Notes: generated by a model not told the origin, from the sequence alone. DNA of 64,000 nt from an uncultured Verrucomicrobiae bacterium (GCA_963851035.1 CAWKNY010000003.1:25293-89292), one strand, 5' to 3'. Shown: positions 39,701 to 47,650, counted from the first letter of the stretch. Numbers and translations: made by a program.

Positions 39701-39919
39701 TCCGGCCAACCGCTTCGAGCCGCTATCTACGACTTCAAAACCGATGAAGGCGATCTCGCTGAAACCTACGGCACGCAGATGGGCCTCTATCGGAAGAGCC
39801 TGGGCTTCTTGATCGGTCTCCCGGAGCACAGAATTGCGTCCACGTTGATTGCCATCCGCACAGGAGAGGAGATCCCCGTGCGGTTTTCAGGAGACCTCGT
39901 GCAAATGGATCTTCTTTGA
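36761..39919 (+). CDS. AddA-like UvrD-family helicase with C-terminal PD-(D/E)XK nuclease
   Basis: Walker A NAGSGKTH, motif II LLDEFQDTS, motif VI YVAMTRAKRALYIL, C-terminal nuclease motif GVFDRVV..IYDFKTD. Confidence 0.85.
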   Translation: MDSDLKSGLRHQRIIANAGSGKTHRLTTRYIELLERDVPAEQIVALTFTRKAAGEFLDAIFDRLLKALASESEALNLARETGMPKLTSERCRSHLRQLVEKLSLLTLGTLDSFFGKILRAFPFECGLASEVTILDDHLQGVLRRQVLADVFRDQLRDEKGFAEFLDLIRQQSRNRESRDVSRTLDRAVEELHERFLLTPADKPWGNPSAIWPLGSPLLAHSDILGLAEKFEKDLFRSQANMDAGHRESWEARLREIRALKSGSPASDKLITFAIRALDPPADRTRPGHFVLSLGKVMFHFPNSMRDSVVPLGRAILGIELEGRLARSGALYRLLARFEARYQVLVRDNGQLTFLDVAGLLAAAGGTSWGAKSVGSFSRQEMNFRLDSSYDHWLLDEFQDTSRLQWQALRDLVDEVIQSDSGRRSFFYVGDTKQAIYTWRGGDPRLFDEVSDFYNASGTERIDTREALDVSFRSAPEILDAVNTIFSPEHLQRLAGMLEFPVEVLDRWRSAWRHHEAQQRFRGTGLFEWRSLDVPADEARAALDDEAARRIKEVDPLEKGWSCAVLVRTNPRILTVIDALRRAGLPATAEGRIFPCQDSDLAAAILAFLRFIAHPSDTFSCQHLMMTPLAKLVSGDLEEVRRSALRKIREAGFHGIVASLLEKLELEHKPFARTRAEDLLMAASEFDAAWRGRAGLDEFVAFARGYELSEYPAGKTIRVLTMHAAKGLDFDMVVLPDIDARSLSSQRDASVHLHHGPDGQVQWGLELPPEKVCNLDPVLSQAWEQEAAEECYESLCLSYVAMTRAKRALYILSRKLSPKSDRKDFNRLLHETFGRGGSASGDPNWHREIKRRPFSAVEANVSLVAGDRRPGSAPLRPSQAGPSWINAASLFSETSARALGSEVHRTLARISWIDEGLPDPASLPPEAAALIATFLQTNTAARLFARPSGPCSLWREKAFDVALEGQWISGVFDRVVIHRNESGQPLRAAIYDFKTDEGDLAETYGTQMGLYRKSLGFLIGLPEHRIASTLIAIRTGEEIPVRFSGDLVQMDLL

Positions 39920-39986
39920 GAGCCAAAACGTCTCAAAACCACGAAGATTGACCCGACAATCCAGAGATGGAAAAGAGTCGGTTATC

Positions 39987-40015
39987 GTGGAGGCGGTGGT
40001 TCTCAACCGCCTGTC
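39987..40015 (+). repeat. Hairpin (REP-like) repeat copy a
   Basis: gtggaggcggtggttctcaaccgcctgtc, with stem aggcggt / accgcct. Confidence 0.6.
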
Positions 40016-40070
40016 ATCTATAGGTCGCCCCTGGCACAAGGGCTCGACAACGGTTCGAGACGCGATGCGC

Positions 40071-40589
40071 TTAGGCTTTCACGCCGAGGGAGGACTCCAG
40101 TTCCTTGAGGGCGGCAGTTTCCGCGGCGCTGACTTTTTCGCCGCCGAAGCCGAAGAATCCGCCTTCACTCGCTGCGTTGGCAACTTTGCCGGCGATTGTG
40201 ACGAGCCAGTTCTTAAACCCTTCTGCCTGATCTGGGGGAACTTTGCTCTCCAACACGGAAGAGACCTTCTTGAGGTGGGCGGCCACTTCAGCTTTCAGCT
40301 GCTCGGGATTCTTGCCGGCTACGTCGAATGGCGGTTGGAGGCGCTCGCGCTTCTTCGCCATTTCCTTGATGTTGGCGACAACCGCCGCGACAACCGAATT
40401 CTCGGCGCCCTCGCCCGCTTCAATGATAGCTTTGGATGGCGCGAAGCTCTCTTTGATAATCCCGATGGGACCGGTGCGAAGATCAGACAGGGTTATCAGT
40501 AAGCCCGAGAGCAGCGGTGCGGACCTGATAAGTGCCCAGTCTTCCGGGGAGAATTTCGCGGAGATATTTGTGTCGTTCATGCCCAACAA
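40071..40589 (-). CDS. Conserved hypothetical protein
   Basis: 172-aa ORF with normal composition. The overlapping plus ORF is an artefactual extension of the next gene. Confidence 0.5.
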   Translation of the reverse strand: MLGMNDTNISAKFSPEDWALIRSAPLLSGLLITLSDLRTGPIGIIKESFAPSKAIIEAGEGAENSVVAAVVANIKEMAKKRERLQPPFDVAGKNPEQLKAEVAAHLKKVSSVLESKVPPDQAEGFKNWLVTIAGKVANAASEGGFFGFGGEKVSAAETAALKELESSLGVKA

Positions 40590-40707
40590 TGCGCCCGAGA
40601 GGGAAGCAAATCAACTAGACGGGCGCAGGATCCTCAGAAAGGCGCGAACCACTTCCAAGCGGGCAAAGGTACTTTTCTTCGCGTCAACCCCGGCCTATTT
40701 TTCGAGA

Positions 40708-41613
40708 ATGGCATCGCCAATTACTTTGACTGATCTTGCGCAAAGGATGAGCAAATCCGTGGCTCCTGTGGTCGTGGACGTGCGCCTCGAGGACGACTAT
40801 GCTGCGTCCCATCTTCCGCAGGCAAGGAACAACTGTGTTTTCGAGGTGGCCTTTCTCGACCGTATGGCCAATCTCGCCCCCGACAAGAAGGTGGTTGTCT
40901 GTGTGTATGGTGCAGCGGCTGACAGTTACGAGGCCCGGATGGCGGCGGAAAAGCTCTCGCGCGCAGGCTACCTTGAGGTCCTCGAGCTGCGCGAGGGTTT
41001 CGAGGGCTGGAAGTCCGCCGGCTTGCCTTTGGAGAAAGAAGCGGCCGCGAGGGCTGCGGAACCGCCACCGCTTAATGGCTGGCTGGAAATCGATCCCGTC
41101 GAAAGCCGCGTGGAATGGACTGGGCGCAATCTTCTCAACAAGCACCATGGTGAAATCGCTCTAAAGGGGGGCAAGCTACATTTCGTTCAAGGCGAGCTCG
41201 CAGGAGGTGAGCTCACGCTGGATATGGCCGCGATTACCTGCCACGACCTTGCGGGCGACCCATTGCACGATGTGCTTATCGCCCACCTGAAAAGCGACGA
41301 TTTTTTCGATGTTGAGCTTTATCCGGAGGCCCGATTTGTCATCACTTCGACAGAACGCGCTGCCAACGCGTCTCCGGGAGCCCCCAATCTGACGGTCCGT
41401 GGGGAGTTGACCCTCAAGAGGAGTACCCGGATGGTGGAATTCGTGGCGACGGCGGGGGCGACCCCGCAAGGCAAGGCCGGCGCGCAGGCCACGTTCGCAG
41501 TTGATCGCACGCTCTGGAACGTGCTCTACGGATCCGGAAAGTACTTCCGAAACCTGGGCGGACACCTCGTGAATGATCTGATCGAAATACAACTTCGTGT
41601 CGTCACGAGATGA
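40708..41613 (+). CDS. Rhodanese-domain / YceI-like-domain fusion protein
   Basis: Start at MASPITLTDLAQRM. The rhodanese-like N-half contains VVVCVYGAAADSYEA. The YceI-like C-half contains SRVEWTGRNLLNKHHGEIALKGG.., FFDVELYPEARF, LTVRGELTLKRST. Confidence 0.7.
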   Translation: MASPITLTDLAQRMSKSVAPVVVDVRLEDDYAASHLPQARNNCVFEVAFLDRMANLAPDKKVVVCVYGAAADSYEARMAAEKLSRAGYLEVLELREGFEGWKSAGLPLEKEAAARAAEPPPLNGWLEIDPVESRVEWTGRNLLNKHHGEIALKGGKLHFVQGELAGGELTLDMAAITCHDLAGDPLHDVLIAHLKSDDFFDVELYPEARFVITSTERAANASPGAPNLTVRGELTLKRSTRMVEFVATAGATPQGKAGAQATFAVDRTLWNVLYGSGKYFRNLGGHLVNDLIEIQLRVVTR

Positions 41614-41806
41614 GGCAGATTGCAGAATGCTCGAAAAGCGGAATGCGAGGTTAGCGTCCATCGAATTGCCGACGTCCCTTGATGAAATGTTCTTCTTTCA
41701 CACAGGTTTCGCGAAAAGCCGCGCGCAGCATTATCGAAATCGTGCGGACATGAAGATCAGCCGCAGCGTTTCTTACGAAGATATCAGATAGGACCCACCA
41801 ACAACT

Positions 41807-42902
41807 ATGAGCGCCATCAAAGAACCATTGCCAAAGTCTATGCCCGCAGTCGTCGCGCACGGACCGTCCGACTACCGGTTTCAAGAATTGCCGGTTCCGC
41901 AGCCAGGTCCGGGCGAAGTCGTTATCAAGGTCAAGAGCGCGGGCATTTGCGCGAGTGACATCAAGTGCTACACAGGCGCCCCGATGTTCTGGGGCGACGA
42001 GCACAGGACGGGGTATTGCCAGCCCCCCGTAACGCCGGGTCACGAATTCGTGGGCGAGGTCGTCGCCTTGGGTGAGGGAGCCGGCGAGCTTTACAAGCTT
42101 GAGATCGGGGATCACGCGATCAGCGAGCAGATCGTTCCTTGCGGGGAGTGCCGGGTACTGCAAGCGCGGCCAGTATTGGATGTGCGCAGTTCACGATATC
42201 TACGGGTTTCGGCAACGTACGTTTGGATCATGGGCGGAGTACATGCTCTTTCCCGCCGGCGCCCTGAACTACAAGGTGCCCAAGACGATCCCGCTCCACC
42301 ACGCCGTCTTCATCGAGCCACTGGCCTGTTCCATTCACGCTGTTGAACGCGGGGAAATCCAATACCAGGACACGGTTGTCATCGCGGGATGCGGGCCGCT
42401 CGGGCTCGGCATGGTTGCTGCGGCGAAAATGAAGGGTGCTGCGTCCATCATTGCGCTCGACCTGAGCGATGAGCGGATCGAGGTAGCCAAACGTTGCGGC
42501 GCCAATATCGGTATCAATCCGAAGGCCGAGGACGCCGTCCAGAAGGTTCGTGATCTGACCGAGGGATATGGGTGTGATGTCTACATTGAAGCCACCGGAC
42601 ATCCCGCCGCGGTCGAACAGGGACTCAACATGATTCGCAAGCTCGGCACCTTCGTCGAGTTCAGCGTCATGCGCGAGAAGGTCACCGCGGACTGGACGAT
42701 TATCGGCGATAGCAAAGAGCTTAACGTCCACGGTTCACATCTGGGGCCGTACTGCTATCCGGTGGCCATCCGCATGATCGAGCAAGGGCTCCTGCCGATG
42801 GACGAGATCGTGACCCATCGTCTTCCGCTGGCAGACTATCAGAAGGGCATCGATATGGTGGTGAGCGGCCTGACATCGGTGAAAGTCACGCTCGAGCCTT
42901 AG
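41807..42902 (+). pseudogene. Zn-dependent MDR-family polyol/alcohol dehydrogenase with a single +1 frameshift
   Basis: ORFs 41807-42346 and 42072-42902 are two halves of one gene. Removing one G from ccggg at 42151-42155 gives ..QIVPCGECRYCKRGQYWMC.. The motifs GHEFVGEVV and GCGPLGLG are intact. Confidence 0.8.
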
Positions 42903-42996
42903 GCGCGGCCCCCAGAAGCTTGTTTCACTGCTGGTACGATCTGGGCCCAGAAAAGTCTGAAGCGATATGAAGCAACAGTGCTATTTCGGCATCGAC

Positions 42997-43022
42997 GTAG
43001 GCGGTTGTGTCAACCGCCTGCC
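42997..43022 (+). repeat. Hairpin (REP-like) repeat copy b
   Basis: gtaggcggttgtgtcaaccgcctgcc, 76 nt upstream of the xpt start. Confidence 0.6.
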
Positions 43023-43097
43023 CATGCCTATAAGCAAGGTCTGCGTCGGACCGTGTCAAGATCTTGTCTTTTCACTTCGAGTCAGTTCAATCGCCGC

Positions 43098-43673
43098 ATG
43101 AAGATGCTGCGCGAGAGGATTCTGGAGCTTGGATATGTCCTGCCCGGAGACGTTCTTAACGTGAATGCGTTCCTGAACCATCAGCTGGACACCAAGCTCT
43201 TGGTTCTCATCGGCAAGACCTTCGCCGAACGCTTCCGGGGCCTCGGTGTGACGAAGATCGTCACGATCGAAACGTCGGGCATCGCAGCCGCGGTGACTAC
43301 GGGCATCGAGCTACAGGTTCCGGTCGTCTTCGCGCGCACAACCCCTACGCCCACCATTGGGAGCGATCATTATACAGCTTTTGCCTATTCCTATACGAAG
43401 CAGGTGCGGCACGAGGTGATCGTCGCCAGGCAATTCATAAACGCGGAAGATCGACTGTTGGTTGTCGATGATTTTCTCGCTCGCGGAGAGGCCGTTTCGG
43501 CATTGGCTTCCATCATCAATCAGGCTTCTGCGACTTTGACCGGGATCGGCATCGTCATAGAAAAGGCCTTTCAGGACGGCAGAGACAAGATCAGGGCAGC
43601 CGGGCATGAGGTCTTCGCCCTGGCAAGAATCAAGAGCCTGTCTCCACCAAAACATATCGAATTCCTGGATTGA
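43098..43673 (+). CDS. xpt: Xanthine phosphoribosyltransferase
   Basis: 191 aa: LNVNAFLNHQLD, VTIETSGIAAA, PRPP motif LVVDDFLARGEA. Start at MKMLRERI. Confidence 0.9.
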   Translation: MKMLRERILELGYVLPGDVLNVNAFLNHQLDTKLLVLIGKTFAERFRGLGVTKIVTIETSGIAAAVTTGIELQVPVVFARTTPTPTIGSDHYTAFAYSYTKQVRHEVIVARQFINAEDRLLVVDDFLARGEAVSALASIINQASATLTGIGIVIEKAFQDGRDKIRAAGHEVFALARIKSLSPPKHIEFLD

Positions 43674-43935
43674 TCGATTGATCTGAAAGCGAATCCCCTT
43701 TAGCGGATGAATAAGGAACCGTCCGATCCGGCATGGACGAGGTGATCGCTTGTGCCGAGCTCTAGAACCGCCGGAACTATCATCCACATGGGTGAGTCGC
43801 CCGGACGTGGCACGCCTGGCGACGGCGGCTTTGACATCAAGCAAACGGATAGCCGTAAGGATTCTGATCAAAAATCCGTGTATGCTGATATTGAACCTAG
43901 ATGGCAAATAGCGAATCGAGGTGCGCATAGCGGCA

Positions 43936-44112
43936 CTAAGCGCTGGGTCGAAACAGATGGAGATCCTCCCAATTGGGAATGCGAGGCATGAGTTGAATAC
44001 CCAGCAGGTGTGCTAGGCCGAAGATGGCGCTTTGTCCCTTGGGTGTCGGCGTGGAGCGGAGGTTTTTGGATGCAAGCAGAGCCGAAACATCGTCTCCGCC
44101 CGATTTAGGCAT
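43936..44112 (-). pseudogene. Tn3-family transposase relic (about 35 recognisable codons)
   Basis: ..GQSAIFGLAHLLGIQLMPRIPNWEDLHLFRP matches the conserved DDE_Tnp_Tn3 segment (compare Tn3 TnpA ..[28 protein letters not shown]). No flanking transposase sequence remains. Confidence 0.55.
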
Positions 44113-44140
44113 GTTAGACGTTCGACGGCAGACGGCCCGG

Positions 44141-46765
44141 CTACTGTAAACTCCCGCCGGAGGAGACGTCAGCATAGGTTGCGCTGATTGTGACATCAAT
44201 CGAAGGCATTGTCGCCGTCGTGGTGGAGAGTGATGGATTCGCAAGGATCTGAATGTCCCCACTCCAACCCGAAAACTCCTGTCCCGAAGGCGGCGGATTA
44301 GCGGTCACTGTAACCGTTGTGCCTACATCATGTGGCCCGCTCCCGGTGCCGTCGTTGACCGTCAGAGTAGGCGCCGTGGCTGCGGCTACCCTCGTCTGGC
44401 CGTTCGCCTCGGTCGCTTCGAGGCTTTCTGGCAAAGGGATTGGCGAAGTTGCGGCGTCAATCGATTGAAGAAACTTCACCACCTTCGCCCGATCCTGGAA
44501 ATTGGTGAGTGTGTCCACACCGCCGGTGCCGGCGCTGCGATGCGTTACGTTTTCCATAACCTGATCAAGGGAGACCGCCGCGCCGTTATGGAAGAAGGTC
44601 TGGGGAAATGCAAACAAGGACAGTAACGACGGTGGTACGAAGCCATTTGCGCCCAGCGAAGGAGCGCCATTCGTGTTGACCTCGTTGAGGAAATTCGGGT
44701 CAAAAGTGCCGACCTGTCTCAACTGGTCCAACACTTGGCCATTCAAAATCGTTACATCGGGCTGCGGGGGCGGTGGCGTGAAATTAACCCTGCTATTGGT
44801 CCACTGAGGTCCGCCGTGACATTGCTGGCAATTCGCCCTGATAAACAACGCCCTGCCAGCGATGACTTGGGGATTGTTCTTGAAGACCGGAGAGATAGGT
44901 GGCCGGATCCCAAACTGTATGAACGCTTTAATGGAGTCCCAGGCGTTCTGGCCTTGCACCTTTAACTGGTTGCGATTGGCACTAGCCAGCGGGAGAAGGT
45001 TAAAAACAATCGGGTCCTGTGTAATTCCGTCCGCCAGAACAATCAGTCCCTGTCCACCCGAAACCGCGCGGATATTCAGCTCAAAGTCTTCCTCTTCGTC
45101 ACGTTCAGCAACCCAGTTCAGCATGCGCTGCGTGGTCCGGGTTGGATCCGTTAGGTCAAAATCAGTGTGCTGCGGGATGGCCCGCTTAGGACCGCTCGGA
45201 AAAATCCAGACCACATTATCAGACAGCCCGAAAGGCGTGTGGCACGCCGCACAGGCGCCCCAACCGTTGTTGGACATCCGCCCGACGATGGGGGTAGTAC
45301 TGCCCGGCGGTGGATCGAACTCACCTATCGACGTGTTGTAAAGCTCTTTACCTATCTGAACCTTCTCGTCCAAGGAGCCCGGCGTTGGCAAACTTGCAGA
45401 TGGGAGCGTATCAAGCAGACCTTCGGGTGTAGTGGTTAGATCCAGCACCGAGACGTCACGTGAAACATAGTTCATCACGTAGGCGCGGGTATCCGTCGAG
45501 TTCACCACGATCCCGCGCGGATTTTTCCCGACCTTTATTTGTAAGACCCGCGTGGGATCAGCCGGATCACTGGGATCAGTTTGGACGGTGGCCGCCCCCG
45601 TCGCAGGATCGACAGCCAGCTTGACGACGATGTTGCTCGCTGCGCTAATCACGTAGCCCTCATCGGCGAGGTGTTTGAACGCAATGGCCCACGGCAGCGT
45701 GATAAACAGTTTGGGCGGGTTGACCTGATCCCTCACCGCCGTATGCATGTTAATGGTCTGGTCCGCATCGACATTTAGACTCCGGTCAATAACACTGAGC
45801 AGACTATGCGTATTGACGTCGAAACGGAACGGACCGTTGGGCGAGGCGCCGGTGTTCGGCAGGTAGGCGAAGTTGCCGCGAATACCAATGTTGTTCAACT
45901 GGTTGGGGTACGCGCCCGTAGGGAATGTGAAACCCGGCTGCGGTGGGATTCGGCCGATGGCGTCACCAGCCGCCAGAAAACCCGTGTCCGCGATCGGCTC
46001 GATGGCCACATTGCTAAGCACCGTATCTGTGTTCGTTGAGATGACGGTGACAAACCCCTTCTTCGCGTCGTCCTGTCCATCAACCTTGCCAACTACCGGC
46101 AGCGAGAGAAATTGGGTAACGTAGAGAGTTTCATCATTGTCATCGTCGTCACCGTCGTTAGTGATAGCCAGGCCACGTGGCTCAAAGCCGACCTTGCGGA
46201 TGGTCTTGATAACCTCGTCCGTCTTAGTATCAATCACCGAGATTGAGTCCGAGCGAGAATTTGAGACGTAGAGTTTTTTCCCATTTGGCGTCAGCGCCAG
46301 ACCGTAAGGTTCGGTTCCGACTTCAATGTGCTTAATGGCTTCGATAGTCCTATCCCTGAAGTTCGGCTTGATCACGGAGACAGTGCCGCTGACAGTATTT
46401 GCCGCGTAAGCCTTTGTGCCGTTAGGCAGGAACGCCACACCGTTTGGCTCCGTCTGCACGGGCACTTCCGCGATCTGCCGGTTGCGGTCGTTACGCACAA
46501 AAAAGAACGTGACGGTGTTGTTGTCGGGGTTGGCCACTACTAAGAACGCATCATTGGCGGTCAGCGCCAATGGTTGAGAAGAGGTTGGGCCTGTGAACCT
46601 TTTGTTCTGACCGAGACCGCTCTCTTCAGGTGCGCTCACAAGCTGCGCGGCTGATTGCGCAATAAAAAAGTGAAGCGACGCTGCTACTAAGCCGAGCGCC
46701 AGCACAGCTGCAAACAAAATGCCGCGCCCGCGGACGGGGCTGGGATGAAGAATTCTTGGCTTCAT
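44141..46765 (-). CDS. Large secreted protein: YVTN-type beta-propeller repeats + two CxxCH haem motifs + C-terminal bacterial repeat domain
   Basis: Signal/anchor segment ILFAAVLALGLVAASL. Repeats such as GTKAYAANTVSGTVSVI and GKKLYVSNSRSDSISVID. Haem motifs CAACH and CQQCH. The C-terminus FSGWSGD is an InlB-B-repeat-like segment. Confidence 0.75.
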   Translation of the reverse strand: MKPRILHPSPVRGRGILFAAVLALGLVAASLHFFIAQSAAQLVSAPEESGLGQNKRFTGPTSSQPLALTANDAFLVVANPDNNTVTFFFVRNDRNRQIAEVPVQTEPNGVAFLPNGTKAYAANTVSGTVSVIKPNFRDRTIEAIKHIEVGTEPYGLALTPNGKKLYVSNSRSDSISVIDTKTDEVIKTIRKVGFEPRGLAITNDGDDDDNDETLYVTQFLSLPVVGKVDGQDDAKKGFVTVISTNTDTVLSNVAIEPIADTGFLAAGDAIGRIPPQPGFTFPTGAYPNQLNNIGIRGNFAYLPNTGASPNGPFRFDVNTHSLLSVIDRSLNVDADQTINMHTAVRDQVNPPKLFITLPWAIAFKHLADEGYVISAASNIVVKLAVDPATGAATVQTDPSDPADPTRVLQIKVGKNPRGIVVNSTDTRAYVMNYVSRDVSVLDLTTTPEGLLDTLPSASLPTPGSLDEKVQIGKELYNTSIGEFDPPPGSTTPIVGRMSNNGWGACAACHTPFGLSDNVVWIFPSGPKRAIPQHTDFDLTDPTRTTQRMLNWVAERDEEEDFELNIRAVSGGQGLIVLADGITQDPIVFNLLPLASANRNQLKVQGQNAWDSIKAFIQFGIRPPISPVFKNNPQVIAGRALFIRANCQQCHGGPQWTNSRVNFTPPPPQPDVTILNGQVLDQLRQVGTFDPNFLNEVNTNGAPSLGANGFVPPSLLSLFAFPQTFFHNGAAVSLDQVMENVTHRSAGTGGVDTLTNFQDRAKVVKFLQSIDAATSPIPLPESLEATEANGQTRVAAATAPTLTVNDGTGSGPHDVGTTVTVTANPPPSGQEFSGWSGDIQILANPSLSTTTATMPSIDVTISATYADVSSGGSLQ

Positions 46766-47166
46766 GATTTATCCTTTCATCAATAAAATCTTAATCTTGA
46801 CACTCAGACTAACAAGGTCCTTGGAGTACGGCCCTCGTTGACGCGGAACGCTTTAAGACTCTGTGGCAACTTAGACGGGTCTACATTAGACTGATAGGAG
46901 ATCGCTTTTGGCCCTTCGGGGCACTGGCGGGGGAGTTTGAAGCGGAAAGCGCGCGTTTCCACGGGCGCCGGGTGACAAAAGGGCGCCCAGAAGTCAACAA
47001 GATTATCAAGATGAAAATTCGCGGCGCCGTTTGCTGCTCGTCGCTATGACTCATCGGGCCGTTCGCCGTTCCAAAGCGAACCGCATTTGCAATCCTCTGC
47101 CCCTGAGGTGACTGGCTCTCAAGCCCGTCTAAAGCTTCGAACCAGAAGCATCGCCTAGCATCCGCG

Positions 47167-47535
47167 CTAGCCGACCTGTAGGGGATGGATCAAGTCCGCC
47201 GCCAAACAACAAACTAGATATGCCAATGCTTCGGCACTATCGACACGGCGGATCGCGTTCTGGTTGGCGACGTAGCCCGTCTGCCGCTTGGGCTTTTTCT
47301 TAAAGAAGTTCTCCTCATGCCCCGCCCCGGTGGATGAAACCATTTGCGCCAAAATCGTTTTGGCACGGCCCAACGGACCGCTATGGGTAGAGGAGAGTTT
47401 TTCCAACTCAATCCCATAAGGGGCCATCCCGAGTTGTGGATCATTGACGATTTTCTTGCGCGCGGCGAAGCTTTTGGATTTCATAGCGATCATTAGACAA
47501 GCTTCTGCGACCTTAACGGGGATCGGCATCGTCAT
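47167..47535 (-). CDS. Hypothetical ORF, probably a gene fragment
   Basis: 122-aa ORF whose first ~30 codons are antisense to the duplicated xpt fragment. No family recognised. Confidence 0.25.
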   Translation of the reverse strand: MTMPIPVKVAEACLMIAMKSKSFAARKKIVNDPQLGMAPYGIELEKLSSTHSGPLGRAKTILAQMVSSTGAGHEENFFKKKPKRQTGYVANQNAIRRVDSAEALAYLVCCLAADLIHPLQVG

Positions 47536-47650
47536 AGAAAAGGCCTTTCAGGACGGCGGAGACGGGATCAGGGCAGCCGGGCACAAGCTTTTCGCCCTGG
47601 CAAGAATCAAAAGCCTGTCTCCGCCAAGACATATCGAATTCCTGGACTGA
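47489..47650 (+). pseudogene. Displaced second copy of the xpt 3' end (last ~53 codons)
   Basis: ..IIRQASATLTGIGIVIEKAFQDGGDGIRAAGHKLFALARIKSLSPPRHIEFLD compared with the xpt C-terminus. By hand I count about 18 mismatches and no indels over ~161 nt against 43513-43673. Similarity stops at the stop codon. Confidence 0.85.

Noticed and set aside
40243-40707. 155-codon N-terminal extension of the rhodanese-YceI ORF, and similar extensions at 8875-9888, 24169, 28015, 42978 and 54098
   Set aside because: The extensions overlap neighbouring genes on the other strand or the preceding gene and are compositionally odd. Internal Met starts coincide with the beginning of recognisable domains.
41651-41800. 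AraC-type HTH-like fragment on the minus strand (..HVRTISIMLRAAFRETCVKEEHFIKGRR..)
   Set aside because: Only ~45 residues of loose resemblance. It would have to overlap the dehydrogenase start, and there is not enough evidence to call it.
42903-43097. Possible purine riboswitch upstream of xpt
   Set aside because: In Firmicutes xpt is a classic guanine-riboswitch gene. Here the leader lacks the conserved junction and loop sequences (no UAUAAUCGCG..GGAUAUGGC..CCGACUAUG-like core) and contains only the hairpin repeat.
47167-47535. Integrase or recombinase at the right end of the xpt-associated insert
   Set aside because: The only ORF there (122 aa) shows none of the tyrosine- or serine-recombinase motifs and partly overlaps the antisense of the xpt fragment. 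It cannot be called an integrase.
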